From an uncultured Mycobacterium sp. (GTDB lineage: Bacteria > Actinomycetota > Actinomycetes > Mycobacteriales > Mycobacteriaceae): a stretch of DNA of 64,000 nucleotides. The notes beneath the pieces are model-generated. The model was not told the DNA's origin, made no database searches, and saw nothing but the letters and a program-made list of their open reading frames with translations. The stretch's first letter is position 1. Each line of letters starts with the position of its first letter. The position numbers and the translations under genes are program-made. The stretch lies in NCBI GenBank assembly GCA_964629725.1, contig CAZVST010000001.1:23197-87196 (forward strand), in the 5' to 3' direction. This document shows, piece after piece, positions 10,171-22,145 of this stretch.

Positions 10171-11244
10171 CTAACGGTTCGGGCAGCCCTGCCGGTTGGG
10201 CTCGCCGAGCGCCTCGGGGGCGTCGTTGATCGCGGTCGACACCACGTCGAGTACGCGAGGGTCTGATGTCAGCGCGGTGTCCGCGGCAAGGTTGGCGATC
10301 ATGGAGACGTAGCCACTGTGGGTGTCTTCGAAGGTGTAGCAGCGCCGGTGCGGCAGCACCGCGTCGTCGACGTCGACCGCCAGCGCACTGCGCAGGGCAA
10401 CGATCCCGTCATTGGGCCACACCGCCTGGTTCACCGTGCCGGGCTTGGTGAATCGGTCACCGCCGATCAACGTGACCGGGATGTCGTCGATCGCGCCGGC
10501 CTGGACCTGATTCCAGCCCCGGGGGCCCGTCAGGTAGGCCTGACCGACCTCGCGCGCCGAACCCGAGACGTACACCTGAGTGATGTCTTTGACGAATCCC
10601 TTCATCTGACTCTCACACAACTGGTCGTTGAGGCAATCACTCAGTGGCACAGTGCCATTGGCGTAATCGGACAGGTATGACCCCTGCCACGGGGTTCCGA
10701 TCGTCGTCAGTGAGCGGACTTTCCCCGGCGCGCCGGAGTCACTCAGCGCCCGGACCGCGGACCGCGCGTAGAGCCCGCCCATCGAATGGCCGACGAGATC
10801 GAACTCCTCGACCGCCTTATCGGTGTGCAGGTAAGTCAGGAACCGCGCCAGGTGTTCACCGGCGAGGTCGATGCTGCCGGTGGTGTCGATGGTCATGTTC
10901 TCGGGCAGGGCGGCCGGGCAGGCCGAGAATCCTCCTACGCGGGTCTGCTCGGTCACTTGGCCGTGGCCGGCCATCGCCGGTGCGGTGTACACGGTGTGAC
11001 CCTTGCCCTCGAGGCGTTCACGGATAGCGGTGTCGTCACCGCCTGCGGCCAGGCCGACCGCGCACGCCCCATCAGGTGTGGTGAACGGACTGGTGCTGGC
11101 CAACCCCGACACGATCACCACCGCCCGCGACCCAGAGCCCCGGGAGGAGGTGGTCGTGACCGCGTTGCTGCACGCCACCAGCATCAGCAGGACGAGGGCG
11201 AAAGCCGGCGTTGCGCGCACAGTGCACGCTAACGCGTCCGTCAT
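10171..11244 (-). CDS. Lipoprotein lipase/esterase (alpha/beta-hydrolase)
   Basis: GHSMGG nucleophile, TIGTPWQGS, NDGIV; lipobox-like LMLVAC; start inferred. Confidence 0.8.
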   Translation of the reverse strand: MTDALACTVRATPAFALVLLMLVACSNAVTTTSSRGSGSRAVVIVSGLASTSPFTTPDGACAVGLAAGGDDTAIRERLEGKGHTVYTAPAMAGHGQVTEQTRVGGFSACPAALPENMTIDTTGSIDLAGEHLARFLTYLHTDKAVEEFDLVGHSMGGLYARSAVRALSDSGAPGKVRSLTTIGTPWQGSYLSDYANGTVPLSDCLNDQLCESQMKGFVKDITQVYVSGSAREVGQAYLTGPRGWNQVQAGAIDDIPVTLIGGDRFTKPGTVNQAVWPNDGIVALRSALAVDVDDAVLPHRRCYTFEDTHSGYVSMIANLAADTALTSDPRVLDVVSTAINDAPEALGEPNRQGCPNR

Positions 11245-11434
11245 ATCCCTGCCCGCAGGATCCCCCGAGCCTGGATCGGCCCACCGGGGTTGCGCCGCGA
11301 GTTGATGAATCGGGTCCGTGTGCTGGTGTTCGGTAGGATCAGCGGCGCGCCGATCGCCGACCTGAGCAGCACCGTCGGCGCCACGCCGCCGACCTGAGGA
11401 GCCACCGTCGGCGCCCGCCGACCAAAGGAGCCCC

Positions 11435-11674
11435 GTGCCCCGGGTAGTTGTCACCGTGATGCCGAAAGCCGAAATCCTCGATCCGCAGGGCCAGGCCATC
11501 GTCGGCGCTCTGGGCCGGCTTGGCCACGCCGGAGTCTCCGACGTCCGGCAGGGCAAGCGTTTCGAACTCGAGGTGGATGACACCGTCAGCGACGACGAAC
11601 TGGCCGAGATCGCCGAATCGCTGTTGGCCAACACGGTGATCGAGGACTGGTCGGTCACCCGGGAGCAAGCGTGA
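11435..11674 (+). CDS. purS: FGAM synthase subunit PurS
   Basis: [15 protein letters not shown] and [10 protein letters not shown] motifs. Confidence 0.97.
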   Translation: MPRVVVTVMPKAEILDPQGQAIVGALGRLGHAGVSDVRQGKRFELEVDDTVSDDELAEIAESLLANTVIEDWSVTREQA

Positions 11675-11705
11675 CCGGCAAGCGAGAAGCGAAGGCGGAT
11701 CGCGC

Positions 11706-12386
11706 ATGAGCGCGCGCGTCGGGGTGATCACCTTCCCCGGAACGCTCGATGACGTCGATGCCGCCCGCGCGGTTCGCCTGGCCGGCGGCGAGGCGGTCAG
11801 CCTCTGGCACGGCGACGCGGACATCAAGGGCGTGGACGCCGTTATCGTCCCGGGTGGCTTCTCCTACGGCGACTACCTGCGGTGCGGCGCGATCGCGAAA
11901 TTCGCACCGGTCATGGGCGAGGTGATCGCCGCCGCCGGCCGCGGAATGCCGGTCTTGGGTATCTGCAACGGTTTTCAGATCCTCTGCGAAGCCGGACTGC
12001 TGCCCGGGGCGCTCGCGCGCAATGCCGGCCTGCACTTCGTCTGCCGTGATGTCTGGCTGAAAGTCGACTCCATCACGACGGCCTGGACGTCGCGCTACGA
12101 GTGGGGCGCCGAACTGCTGGTGCCGCTCAAGTCCGGCGAAGGCCGTTATGTCGCAAGCGAGTCCGTGCTCGACGAACTCGAAGGCGAAGGCCGGGTGGTG
12201 TTCCGCTACGCCGAGAACCCCAACGGCTCGATGCGCGACATCGCCGGGATCAGTTCTGCCAACGGGCGAGTCGTCGGTCTGATGCCGCATCCCGAACATG
12301 CCACCGAGCCGCTGACCGGCCCGTCGGACGACGGCCTGGGTCTGTTCTATTCGGCTCTCGACGCGGTCCTGGCCGCTCGGCCATGA
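11706..12386 (+). CDS. purQ: FGAM synthase glutaminase subunit
   Basis: [18 protein letters not shown] and MPHPE motifs. Confidence 0.98.
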   Translation: MSARVGVITFPGTLDDVDAARAVRLAGGEAVSLWHGDADIKGVDAVIVPGGFSYGDYLRCGAIAKFAPVMGEVIAAAGRGMPVLGICNGFQILCEAGLLPGALARNAGLHFVCRDVWLKVDSITTAWTSRYEWGAELLVPLKSGEGRYVASESVLDELEGEGRVVFRYAENPNGSMRDIAGISSANGRVVGLMPHPEHATEPLTGPSDDGLGLFYSALDAVLAARP

Positions 12387-13672
12387 CGGGGGCGACGGCG
12401 CAGGGGCTGTGCGAGTTCATCGACGCGTCGCCCTCCCCGTTCCACGTCTGCGCGACCGTGGCGAAGCGGTTGCGTGCGGCCGGATACACCGAACTCGCCG
12501 AGACAGACCGCTGGCCGACCGGTTCAGCGGCGACGGACCGGTTCTTCACGATCCGCTCCGGATCGCTGATCGCCTGGGACAACCGCGCCGACCCACGCGG
12601 CCCGTTCCGGATCGTCGGCGCTCACACCGACAGCCCGAACCTGCGGGTCAAACAGCATCCGGACCGCTCGGTGGCCGGCTGGCAGGTGGTGGCACTACAG
12701 CCCTACGGCGGCGCGTGGCTGAACTCCTGGCTCGACCGTGACTTGGGATTGAGTGGCCGATTGTCGGTCCGCGACCCCGACTCGCCGGGCGGCCTCGCGC
12801 ACTGGCTGGTGCGCCTCGACGAACCGCTGCTGCGGGTGCCGCAGCTGGCCATCCACCTCGCCGAGGACCGCGGCTCGCTCAGTCTGGATCCGCAGCGTCA
12901 CGTCAACGCCGTCTGGGGAGTCGGCGACCGGCCCCGCTCATTGCTCGCCTACATCGCCGAGTGGTTCGAGGTTGCGCCGGCCGACATTCTCGCGGCCGAC
13001 CTGATGACCCACGACCTGACGGCGTCGACCCTCATCGGCGCCGACGAAGAGCTGGTGAGCGCCCCGCGTCTGGACAACCAAGGCACCTGCTACGCAGGCC
13101 TGGAGGCGCTGCTCGCCGTCGAACCCGGTGACTACCTGCCGGTCCTGGTGCTGTTCGACCACGAGGAAGTGGGCTCGACGTCGGACCACGGCGCCCAGTC
13201 GGACTTCCTGCTGACCACTCTGGAACGGATCGTGCTCGGCTGGGGGGGTGACCGGGAGGACTTCCTGCGCCTGTTGACCGCGTCGATGGTGGCCTCGGGC
13301 GACATGGCGCATGCGACCCACCCGAACTATCCGGAGCGTCACGAGCCCGGACATCTCATCGCGGTGAACGGCGGCCCGGTGCTCAAGGTTCAGCCCAATC
13401 TGCGCTACGCCACCGACGGCCGCACCGCTGCGGCCTTCGCCCTGGCCTGCCGGCAGGCCGGAGTGCCCCTGCAGCGCTACGAACATCGCGCGGATCTACC
13501 GTGCGGGTCTACCATCGGTCCGATGACCGCGGCCCGCACCGGCATCCCGACCCTCGATGTCGGGGCACCGCAGCTGGCGATGCACTCGGCGCGGGAACTG
13601 ATGGGCGCCCGCGACGTCGTCTCGTATGCCGCCGCGCTGGCCGCGTTCCTGGCTCCGGAGGTGTCGTTGTGA
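12383..13672 (+). CDS. apeB: M18 aspartyl aminopeptidase
   Basis: GAHTDSP, RLDN, DHEEVGS and MHSARE motifs. Confidence 0.92.
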   Translation: MTGATAQGLCEFIDASPSPFHVCATVAKRLRAAGYTELAETDRWPTGSAATDRFFTIRSGSLIAWDNRADPRGPFRIVGAHTDSPNLRVKQHPDRSVAGWQVVALQPYGGAWLNSWLDRDLGLSGRLSVRDPDSPGGLAHWLVRLDEPLLRVPQLAIHLAEDRGSLSLDPQRHVNAVWGVGDRPRSLLAYIAEWFEVAPADILAADLMTHDLTASTLIGADEELVSAPRLDNQGTCYAGLEALLAVEPGDYLPVLVLFDHEEVGSTSDHGAQSDFLLTTLERIVLGWGGDREDFLRLLTASMVASGDMAHATHPNYPERHEPGHLIAVNGGPVLKVQPNLRYATDGRTAAAFALACRQAGVPLQRYEHRADLPCGSTIGPMTAARTGIPTLDVGAPQLAMHSARELMGARDVVSYAAALAAFLAPEVSL

Positions 13673-14022
13673 CCCTGTCGGTGGGGATGGTGACCGTCGA
13701 CTGCGCAGACCCAGAGCGGCTGGCCCAGTGGTGGGCCGCCGCGGTCGGTGGATCGGTCGTGGTGCTGGGGCCCGGGGAGTTCGCGATGGTCACCGGCGAC
13801 CACGGTCCGGCGCTTGGATTCCAGCGAGTCGACGATCCGACGCCGGGCAAGAATCGGGTTCACCTGGATCTGATGGCATCCGATCTCGATATCGAGGTCG
13901 ATCGCCTCGCTGGTCTGGGCGCCACGGAAATCGGCAGGCATTCCCTTGACGGCGGATTCCACTGGGTGGTCATGGCCGATCCCGAGGGCAATGTCTTCTG
14001 CGTCTCCGCGCCGCATGATTGA
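13669..14022 (+). CDS. VOC/glyoxalase family protein
   Basis: KNRVHLDL and DPEGNVFCV motifs. Confidence 0.9.
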   Translation: MTLSVGMVTVDCADPERLAQWWAAAVGGSVVVLGPGEFAMVTGDHGPALGFQRVDDPTPGKNRVHLDLMASDLDIEVDRLAGLGATEIGRHSLDGGFHWVVMADPEGNVFCVSAPHD

Positions 14023-16358
14023 CGCTCACTAGACTCACCTGCGTGACAGTCGACAGCGTCGCGCACGCGACCGCCACCCCCGATCACCCGCAGCCCTACC
14101 GGGAACTCGGCCTCAAGGATGACGAGTACGCGCGCATCCGGGAGATCCTGGGCCGCCGGCCGACCGACGCGGAGCTGGCCATGTACTCGGTGATGTGGAG
14201 CGAGCACTGCTCCTACAAGTCCTCCAAGGTGCACCTGCGCTACTTCGGGGAGACCACCACCGACGAGATGCGGGCGGGGATGCTGGCCGGCATCGGCGAG
14301 AACGCCGGTGTCGTCGACATCGGCGACGGTTGGGCGGTCACCTTCAAGGTCGAGTCGCACAACCACCCGTCCTACGTGGAGCCGTATCAGGGGGCCGCGA
14401 CCGGGGTGGGCGGCATCGTCCGCGACATCATGGCGATGGGCGCCCGCCCGGTAGCGGTGATGGACCAGTTGCGCTTCGGCGCTGCCGACGCGCCCGACAC
14501 CCGCCGGGTGGTCGACGGTGTGGTGCGCGGCATCGGCGGATACGGAAACTCCCTGGGCTTGCCCAACATCGGGGGCGAGACGGTGTTCGACGCCTCCTAC
14601 GCGGGCAACCCGCTGGTCAACGCGATGTGTGTCGGGGTGCTACGCAAAGAGGATCTGCACCTGGCCTTCGCGTCGGGCACCGGCAACAAGATCATCCTGT
14701 TCGGTGCGCGCACCGGACTGGACGGCATCGGCGGCGTCTCGGTGCTGGCGTCGGACACTTTCTCGGGTGATGAGGGACACGAAGCCGAAGGCGGAGTTGG
14801 ACACAAAAGGAGAGGCGGGACCGGGCGCAAGAAGCTGCCCAGCGTCCAGGTCGGAGACCCGTTCACCGAGAAAGTGCTCATCGAGTGCTGCCTTGAGCTG
14901 TACGCGGCAGGTCTGGTAGTCGGCATTCAGGACCTCGGTGGCGCCGGATTATCTTGTGCCACATCGGAACTCGCCTCGGCCGGGGATGGCGGCATGGCGA
15001 TCGAACTGGACCGGGTGCCGCTGCGCGCGGCCAACATGACGCCGGCTGAGGTGCTTTCCAGCGAGTCGCAGGAACGCATGTGCGCCGTCGTCTCCCCGCA
15101 CAACGTCGAAAAGTTCATGGCGGTCTGCCGCAAGTGGGACGTCCTGGCCACGGTGATCGGGGAAGTGACCGAAGGCGACCGGCTGAAGATCACCTGGCAC
15201 GGCGAGACCGTCGTCGACGTTCCGCCACGCACCGTCGCCCACGAGGGTCCGGTGTATCAGCGGCCGCTGGCCCGGCCGGATACCCAGGACGCGTTGAACG
15301 CCGACACCTCGGCTCGCCTGCCGAGGCCGAAGACCGGCGACGAATTGCGCGCGACGTTGTTAACACTTCTGGGCAGCCCGCATCTGTGCAGCCGCAAGTT
15401 CATCACCGAGCAGTACGACCGTTACGTGCGCGGTAACACCGTGCTGGCCGAGCACGCCGACGGGGGGGTGCTGCGCATCGACGAGCAGACCCAACGCGGA
15501 ATCGCGGTGTCCACCGATGCCTCCGGCCGCTACACCCAGTTGGACCCATACGCCGGGGCCCAACTGGCGCTGGCCGAGGCGTATCGCAATGTCGCCGTCA
15601 CCGGCGCCACCCCAATCGCCGTCACCAACTGCCTCAACTTCGGCTCCCCCGAGGACCCCGGCGTGATGTGGCAGTTCGCCCAGGCCGTCCGCGGGCTCGC
15701 CGATGGCTGCGCAGCGCTGGGCATTCCGGTGACCGGCGGCAACGTGAGCTTCTACAACCAGACCGGCGCCACACCGATCCTGCCGACGCCCGTAGTGGGC
15801 GTGCTCGGGGTCCTTGACGACGTGCGCCGACGGGTTCCCACCGGGTTGGGCAATGAACCGGGGGAAACGCTGTTCCTCCTGGGGGACACCCGTGACGAGT
15901 TCGACGGTTCGATCTGGGCTCAGGTGAACGGCGACCACCTCGGTGGCCTGCCGCCGAAGGTAGATCTCTCCCGGGAGAAGCTGTTGGCGGAGGTTCTGGT
16001 GGCCGCCTCGCGGGATGGACTCGCATCGGCGGCCCACGATCTCAGCGAGGGCGGTCTGATCCAGGCGGTGGTGGAAGCTGCGCTCGCGGGCGAGACAGGT
16101 TGTCGCATAGTGCTTCCGGAGGGTGCTGACCCGTTCGTCTTCCTGTTCTCCGAATCGGCGGGCCGGGTACTGGTCGCCGTTCCCCGCAGTGAGGAGAGCC
16201 GGTTCCGGGCCATGTGCGAGGCGCGCGGGTTGCCCGTCACCCGGATCGGGGTCTCCGATGAAGCGTCGGATTCCGTTGAGGTGCAAGGGTTTTTCACCAT
16301 GACACTGGAAGAACTGCGCGGCACGTCCGAGGGAGTGCTGCCCAGGCTCTTCGGATGA
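14019..16358 (+). CDS. purL: FGAM synthase subunit PurL (start may be GTG at about 14043)
   Basis: [17 protein letters not shown] and QDLGGAG motifs. Confidence 0.98.
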   Translation: MTLTRLTCVTVDSVAHATATPDHPQPYRELGLKDDEYARIREILGRRPTDAELAMYSVMWSEHCSYKSSKVHLRYFGETTTDEMRAGMLAGIGENAGVVDIGDGWAVTFKVESHNHPSYVEPYQGAATGVGGIVRDIMAMGARPVAVMDQLRFGAADAPDTRRVVDGVVRGIGGYGNSLGLPNIGGETVFDASYAGNPLVNAMCVGVLRKEDLHLAFASGTGNKIILFGARTGLDGIGGVSVLASDTFSGDEGHEAEGGVGHKRRGGTGRKKLPSVQVGDPFTEKVLIECCLELYAAGLVVGIQDLGGAGLSCATSELASAGDGGMAIELDRVPLRAANMTPAEVLSSESQERMCAVVSPHNVEKFMAVCRKWDVLATVIGEVTEGDRLKITWHGETVVDVPPRTVAHEGPVYQRPLARPDTQDALNADTSARLPRPKTGDELRATLLTLLGSPHLCSRKFITEQYDRYVRGNTVLAEHADGGVLRIDEQTQRGIAVSTDASGRYTQLDPYAGAQLALAEAYRNVAVTGATPIAVTNCLNFGSPEDPGVMWQFAQAVRGLADGCAALGIPVTGGNVSFYNQTGATPILPTPVVGVLGVLDDVRRRVPTGLGNEPGETLFLLGDTRDEFDGSIWAQVNGDHLGGLPPKVDLSREKLLAEVLVAASRDGLASAAHDLSEGGLIQAVVEAALAGETGCRIVLPEGADPFVFLFSESAGRVLVAVPRSEESRFRAMCEARGLPVTRIGVSDEASDSVEVQGFFTMTLEELRGTSEGVLPRLFG

Positions 16359-18079
16359 GCTATTCGGCGCTGGGCACCCGTGCTCTGGGCTGGATGCGCC
16401 CGGACTTCACTGGAGTGGCGTTCGCGGCGCTGTTCTTCTGCCTGTCCCTGACCCCGTCGCTGCTGCCCCGGGACTGGTTCAACAGCGGCATCATCGGCGG
16501 CATCAACGCCGCGATCGGTTACGGGATCGGCGTGCTGGTCGGTGCCCTGGTGCGGCGGCTGTTCCTCCGGGGCCGTTCCTGGTGGCCGCTGCAACCCCGC
16601 CGCCGCCGGGTGGCGGAGGCGGCCGTGGTCGCGGTGTCCATCGGGGCGAGCCTGTTGATGGTGGTCCCCGCCGCGGCCTGGCAGCGCCGCGTGTCCGTAC
16701 TGATGGGGATCGAGGGCCCGGCGACCGCGCCCTACCTGCGCGCCGTCGCTCTGGCCGTGCTCACCGGCGGCGCGCTGATCGGCGCCGCAAGGCTGGTCAA
16801 GGACGTCATCAAAGTCGTTGCCCGTCAGTTGATCCGGCGCTGGCACATCAACGACGAAGTCGCGTTGTTCATCGGTACCGCGATCGTCGTCGTCCTCGCC
16901 ATCACCATGGTCAACGGGGTCCTGCTGCGTGGTCTGCTGGCTGGCGCCAGCGCCGTCTTCCAGCCGCAGAACACCACCACCCGAGCCGGTCTCGAGCAAC
17001 CACAGGAGGCCGAAAGATCCGGCAGCCCAATGTCCTTTGCGGCGTGGGACACCCTCGGCTTCCAGGGCCGCAACTTCACCGGCACCGGCCCGAGCGCCGC
17101 GGACCTCACCGAGCTCAACGGCCGACCGGCCAAGGAGCCCATCCGCATCTACGCCGGACTGCAGACGGCCCCCACGACTGAAGCCCGGGTGTCGGTACTG
17201 CTGTCGGAATTGCAGCGCACCCATGCCTTCGACCGCAAGCTTCTAGTGATCATGCCCACCACCGGAACCGGATGGGTGGACCCGATCGCGGCGCGAGTCA
17301 TCGAGTCGATGTACAACGGCGACACCGCCCTGGTCGGTATGCAGTACTCCTACCTGCCCAGCTGGATTTCGTTCCTGGCCGACCGGCGGAAGTCGGTGGA
17401 AGCCGGCCGGGCGATGATCGAGGCAATTCACGACCGCTGGCTGCAGCAGCCCGACGGTCGGCGGCCGTTGCTGGCCCTCTATGGCGAAAGCCTCGGCTCG
17501 CTGGCCGGTCAGGGCGCCTTCGGCTATCTGCACGACATCGAGGACATGGATTTCTCCTCGGTGTTGTGGGTGGGACCGCCCAATGAGAGCCGCCTGTGGA
17601 GGGACCTGACCCTCCGTCGCGACCCTGGCACGCCGGAGGTACAGCCGCGCTACGACAACGGCCGCATCGTGCGATTCTCTCAAGCCTCGAGTCCCCAGGA
17701 GATCGCGTCGGTGGCCGCACCGCCGTGGGACGGCACCCGCGTTCTCTATCTCCAGCACGCCTCGGACCCCGTGGTGTGGTGGTCCACGGAGTTGTTCCTC
17801 GGCAAGCCGGACTGGCTGCGGGAGCCACCGGGATTCGATCGAAGTCCCTCGATGCGGTGGTATCCGATCGTGACGTTTTTTCAGGTGAGCGCCGATATGG
17901 CAGGCAATGTCACCGATTCGACCGGGGCGCCGCCCGGCCACGGGCACAAATACGGCGACACCCAACTCGACGGCTGGGTGGCCGTCGCCGCACCCGATGG
18001 CTGGACATCCTTCGACACCGACCGCGTCCGCCGTGCCCTGGACAAGGCGATGGCTGCCGGTGGTCCGGAATTCGCATGA
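16355..18079 (+). CDS. Membrane alpha/beta-hydrolase (Abhydrolase_9-like)
   Basis: N-terminal TM helices; [14 protein letters not shown] and HASDPV motifs. Confidence 0.85.
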   Translation: MSYSALGTRALGWMRPDFTGVAFAALFFCLSLTPSLLPRDWFNSGIIGGINAAIGYGIGVLVGALVRRLFLRGRSWWPLQPRRRRVAEAAVVAVSIGASLLMVVPAAAWQRRVSVLMGIEGPATAPYLRAVALAVLTGGALIGAARLVKDVIKVVARQLIRRWHINDEVALFIGTAIVVVLAITMVNGVLLRGLLAGASAVFQPQNTTTRAGLEQPQEAERSGSPMSFAAWDTLGFQGRNFTGTGPSAADLTELNGRPAKEPIRIYAGLQTAPTTEARVSVLLSELQRTHAFDRKLLVIMPTTGTGWVDPIAARVIESMYNGDTALVGMQYSYLPSWISFLADRRKSVEAGRAMIEAIHDRWLQQPDGRRPLLALYGESLGSLAGQGAFGYLHDIEDMDFSSVLWVGPPNESRLWRDLTLRRDPGTPEVQPRYDNGRIVRFSQASSPQEIASVAAPPWDGTRVLYLQHASDPVVWWSTELFLGKPDWLREPPGFDRSPSMRWYPIVTFFQVSADMAGNVTDSTGAPPGHGHKYGDTQLDGWVAVAAPDGWTSFDTDRVRRALDKAMAAGGPEFA

Positions 18080-18711
18080 ACAACAAACAGATCCGTGCCA
18101 TCGGCCTGGCCGGGGCCCTGGTGGGCTGGAGTTTCACCGCCGGCATCGAGCAGCCGTGGCGGCGACACCCTCTGGCGCAGGCGGCCTACGGCACGGCGCT
18201 GGCTGCCGCTGTCCGCGCGTCGTTGGGGTTGCGGCCTTCGGCGGTGCGGTCCGGTCTGCGGATGGGCGCTGCGGTCGCCGGCGCGGTCGGTGCGGGGGTG
18301 GCCTTGTCGACGGCAGTGCCCGGGGTACGGGTAGCGATGGGGGAACGGGAATTGCCGGAACGTCCGGGCCGCTGGCTGGGCGTCGAGATCCCGCTAGGCA
18401 CGGTGTGGTCTGAGGAGATGGCTTTCCGTGGCGCACTGGCCACGGTGGCTGCCGATGCCTTTGGTCCCGCGGGCGGGCGGTTGCTCCAGGCGGTGACTTT
18501 CGGGCTTACCCATGTTCCCGACGCCCTGGGTACCGGCGAGTCGCTGTTCGGTACGGTCGCGGCCACCGGGCTGGCTGGCTGGATGTTTGCCGTGCTGGCC
18601 GAGCGTTCCGGCAGCCTGGTGGCGCCGATGCTGGCGCACCTGGCGATCAACGAGGCGGGCGCACTCGCCGCGCTGGGTGTGAAGAGGCATTCCGGGTGTC
18701 CTGGTGGCTAG
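18076..18711 (+). CDS. CPBP/Abi intramembrane protease (Rv0804-like)
   Basis: EEMAFRG, FGLTH and HLAIN motifs. Confidence 0.88.
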   Translation: MNNKQIRAIGLAGALVGWSFTAGIEQPWRRHPLAQAAYGTALAAAVRASLGLRPSAVRSGLRMGAAVAGAVGAGVALSTAVPGVRVAMGERELPERPGRWLGVEIPLGTVWSEEMAFRGALATVAADAFGPAGGRLLQAVTFGLTHVPDALGTGESLFGTVAATGLAGWMFAVLAERSGSLVAPMLAHLAINEAGALAALGVKRHSGCPGG

Positions 18712-19087
18712 CCGCGCACCCGGCGCCGCAGAGGTCCGCGATGCCGTCGCTGCGGTGTCGGAATGGCTGCGTGACGAGACCGCCCCCGCGCCGGAACGGG
18801 CGGTGCTCGCCCGCGCGGTACGGGTGACAGCGCGGGCTCTGGCGGCGTCGGCTCCCGGCCCCAGTGTCGAGATCCGGATACCGCCTTACGTTGCGGTGCA
18901 GTGCATTTCGGGACCGCGACATACTCGTGGGACTCCGCCAAACGTGGTGGAGGTCGACGCTCGGACATGGTTGATGCTGTTCACCGGCATGGTCGATCTG
19001 AACGCCGCGGCGGCGGCCGGATCAGTGCAGATGTCCGGTTCTCGGGCTGCTGAGGTCGGACGACACTTACCGCTAGCGGCGGACTAG
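18704..19087 (+). CDS. Sterol-carrier-like protein (Rv0807-like)
   Basis: AVQCISGPRHTRGTPPNVVE motif. Confidence 0.85.
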   Translation: MASRAPGAAEVRDAVAAVSEWLRDETAPAPERAVLARAVRVTARALAASAPGPSVEIRIPPYVAVQCISGPRHTRGTPPNVVEVDARTWLMLFTGMVDLNAAAAAGSVQMSGSRAAEVGRHLPLAAD

Positions 19088-19199
19088 CGAAGTTGTCGGT
19101 ACGGCGGGCGAGGCCCCGCGCATAGAAAATGCACGCTCGGGGGCTGAAGTGGGAAATGGGTTTACGTAATCCCGCGGCGGGCCAGCGACCGATAGGCCG

Positions 19200-19400
19200 C
19201 ACTCAGCAGGGCCACTACCAGCAGGCTGCGGGCGCAGCGAATCACCGACAACCCACTCGACGCGGGGAACGCCCTGACCGCTCAGCCATCGCGAAACGCC
19301 CGTCTGGTCTACTCCGGCCAACGCGGCGATCTCCGTCTCGTTCTTGCCAGGAGCGGTCCGTTCGGCCCACAGGCCAGCCTGAGCGGTGGGCAAACGGTAC
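19200..19400 (-). pseudogene. Remnant of an XRE-family HTH regulator
   Basis: Minus-strand NETEIAALAGVDQTGVSRWLSGQGVPRVEWVV; no clean start and the frame degenerates afterwards. Confidence 0.55.
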
Positions 19401-19524
19401 CCAAACGACTGCCTCTGACTCGACTGGACCCGACCATCGGAGTGAACTCCGCTCGACAGATTCCCACTTTGGCTGCCCTGCCCGTAGACTGAGTCCGCCA
19501 CCGACGCCAGGGAGTACCCATACC

Positions 19525-21033
19525 GTGAGCGGCCCACTGGAAGACCCCCCCAAGGAAGAGTGCGGCGTCTTCGGCGTCTGGGCTCCCGGCGAGGAAGTCG
19601 CGAAACTCACCTATTACGGCCTTTACGCTCTGCAGCACCGGGGTCAGGAGGCGGCCGGCATCGCCGTCGCCGACGGCTCCCAGGTGCTGGTGTTCAAGGA
19701 TCTGGGCCTGGTCAGCCAGGTGTTCGACGAACAGACCCTGGCCGCCATGCCGGGCCATGTCGCCATCGGCCACTGCCGCTACTCCACCACCGGATCGACC
19801 ACCTGGGAGAACGCTCAGCCGGTGTTCCGCAATACCGCGGCTGGCACCGGAGTTGCGTTGGGGCACAACGGTAATCTGGTCAACACCACCGATCTGGCGC
19901 GGCGGGCGCGCAAGGCGGGGCTGATCAACCACAACGCGCCCGGAGCGGCCACCACCGACTCCGACATCCTCGGCGCGCTGCTGGCCGGGGGAGCGGCGGA
20001 CTCCAGCATCGAGCAGGCCGCGCTGGAGTTGCTTCCCACCGTTCGTGGCGCATTCTGTCTGGTGTTCATGGACGAGACCACGCTTTATGCCGCCCGCGAT
20101 CCGCACGGCGTGCGCCCCCTGTCGCTGGGCCGGCTGGACCGCGGCTGGGTGGTCGCATCCGAGACCGCCGCTCTGGACATCGTCGGCGCGTCGTTTGTCC
20201 GCGACATTGAACCGGGCGAACTGCTGGCTATCGACGCCGACGGCGTCCGCTCCAGCCGATTCGCACCGCCCACGCCCAAGGGCTGCGTGTTCGAGTACGT
20301 CTACCTGGCCCGGCCGGACAGCGTCATTGGCGGACGATCCGTCCACGCCGCACGCGTCGACATCGGCCGCCGGTTGGCTCACGAAATGCCGGTCGAGGCG
20401 GATCTGGTCATCGGCGTGCCCGAGTCCGGAACCCCCGCCGCAGTCGGCTACGCACAGGGATCCGGTATCCCGTTCGGGCAGGGCCTGATGAAGAACGCCT
20501 ACGTGGGCCGCACCTTCATCCAGCCCTCCCAGACCATCCGGCAGTTGGGCATCCGGCTGAAACTCAATCCCCTCAAAGAAGTGATTCGCGGCAAGCGGCT
20601 GATCGTCGTCGACGACTCCATCGTGCGCGGTAATACCCAGCGGGCACTGATCCGGATGCTGCGTGAAGCGGGTGCCGTGGAGGTGCACGTCCGCATCGCC
20701 TCGCCGCCGGTGAAGTGGCCATGTTTCTACGGCATCGACTTCGCCACCCCCGCCGAATTGATCGCCAACGCCCCCGGCACCCAGACCGACGACGGGGAGA
20801 TGCTTGAGTCGGTACGCCAGGCCATCGGCGCTGACACGTTGGGCTATATCTCCCAGCAGGGAATGATCGCCGCCACCGAACAGCCGGCGAGCAGGTTGTG
20901 CTGCGCTTGCTTCGACGGCAAGTACCCGATCGAATTGCCCAACGCCACAGCGCTGGGCAAGAACGTGGTCGAGAACATGCTGGCCGCGGTTCAGGCCGAC
21001 AACGACAACGTCTCGGTGCTGAACCGCCTCTGA
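19525..21033 (+). CDS. purF: Amidophosphoribosyltransferase
   Basis: EECGVFG, QHRGQE and VVDDSIVRGNT motifs; TAGACT -10 at 19485-19490. Confidence 0.98.
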   Translation: MSGPLEDPPKEECGVFGVWAPGEEVAKLTYYGLYALQHRGQEAAGIAVADGSQVLVFKDLGLVSQVFDEQTLAAMPGHVAIGHCRYSTTGSTTWENAQPVFRNTAAGTGVALGHNGNLVNTTDLARRARKAGLINHNAPGAATTDSDILGALLAGGAADSSIEQAALELLPTVRGAFCLVFMDETTLYAARDPHGVRPLSLGRLDRGWVVASETAALDIVGASFVRDIEPGELLAIDADGVRSSRFAPPTPKGCVFEYVYLARPDSVIGGRSVHAARVDIGRRLAHEMPVEADLVIGVPESGTPAAVGYAQGSGIPFGQGLMKNAYVGRTFIQPSQTIRQLGIRLKLNPLKEVIRGKRLIVVDDSIVRGNTQRALIRMLREAGAVEVHVRIASPPVKWPCFYGIDFATPAELIANAPGTQTDDGEMLESVRQAIGADTLGYISQQGMIAATEQPASRLCCACFDGKYPIELPNATALGKNVVENMLAAVQADNDNVSVLNRL

Positions 21034-21652
21034 GGGCTTGCACGGCCGTCGCACGACGAGCTGGGCAAGAAGCATTCGCGCGCCTTCTCGGCCAGCGACA
21101 GCTTGCGCTACGTCGGTGTGGCAACCGCCGATGCTTCAGCTATTCCGCCATTTTTCCTGGACCGACTGAGGTTGAATTGGGTGGTCAACCTCGACTACGA
21201 CACCAGCCCTATGGACGGGTACCAGTTGATCGACCTGGGTGTCGCAGTCAGTGGGCAACCGAGTAAGGAAGTCTTAGCGGAGTCTCGGCGAACGTTCACC
21301 CGCCGAGTTGAAGAGTTGAGGTCGCTCGGTCCGAGGCCGGCGTATCTGTTTGGAACAGGACCATCGTTGCCGAAGGCCGCGGAACGGTCTTTCTCCGATG
21401 GTGCCACGATCGTGTGCAATACGATTGTCGGGATCCTGTTATGTGGGCGCACCTGACCGGAATGAGTTTCGGGATGTGCACGATATCCTTGTGCCGATAC
21501 CCGGGGATCTTCATGACGATCCTGCAGTGGATCTTACGCGCCACTTCGCGTTGCCGGTATTGCTGAGAAATGTCTTGACAGTTTTGCTTCTGCCGATCGG
21601 TTGCACGTTAAGCAAGGACATACGACTCTGGGGATTTGACGGACGTTCCTAG
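21034..21652 (+). pseudogene. Fragmented DUF115/MptE-like (Maf-type) glycosylation-locus gene
   Basis: YLFGTGPSL...VCNTIV, then a frameshift into (R)DPVMWAHL, later LPIGCTLSKDIRLWGFDGRS in another frame. Confidence 0.55.
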
Positions 21653-21679
21653 GCGGATTCGGGATTTTGGAAAAATGCG

Positions 21680-22145
21680 TCAGGACAGAGCTACACAAAA
21701 CGGTGCTTCGAAAAAATCGACTTTCCGTGGGTTCGTGCTGTGATTCTTGGACTGGCGGACAAAGCCCGAGCCGTCGGGATACAGTCCTACAACACGCAGC
21801 AGAACATCCCAGCCTCGGGAAAACTGTTGTAGAGCGTTGTTGACTTGCGAGAGATATCCGGGTAGCCAACTGTCATCGGCATCCACAGGAACGATCCTTT
21901 TGTAGCGCGCTGCATCGATTCCGCTGTTTCGGACGCCGCCCTCTGACACATTTTTCTGGCGGATTAGTCGAATCCGTGGATCGTTGAAATGTTGCTCAAT
22001 TCTCGGGGCCGTCGTCGGTGGAGCCGTCATCGATGATGACGACCTCAAAGTCCTGGAAATCCTGTGATAGGACACTCTGAACTGTGCGACGACGGTCTGC
22101 GCCTTGTTATAGAGAGGAATCACAACCGAGAACAACAGGCACCCC
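21680..22145 (-). pseudogene. Frameshifted family 2 glycosyltransferase
   Basis: FSVVIPLYNK in one frame, SVLSQDFQDFEVVIIDDGSTDDG in another, then RNSGIDAA...VDADDSW; truncated. Confidence 0.85.

Noticed and set aside
19129-19524. 125-aa N-terminal extension of PurF
   Set aside because: A -10, an RBS and a GTG at 19525 just before the propeptide/Cys1 explain the true start
19309-21075. Long antisense or alternate-frame ORFs (e.g. 19309-21075, 31438-32787, 37919-40402, 60389-62098)
   Set aside because: They shadow well-supported genes, have Arg/Gly/Pro-rich GC-frame composition and show no motifs
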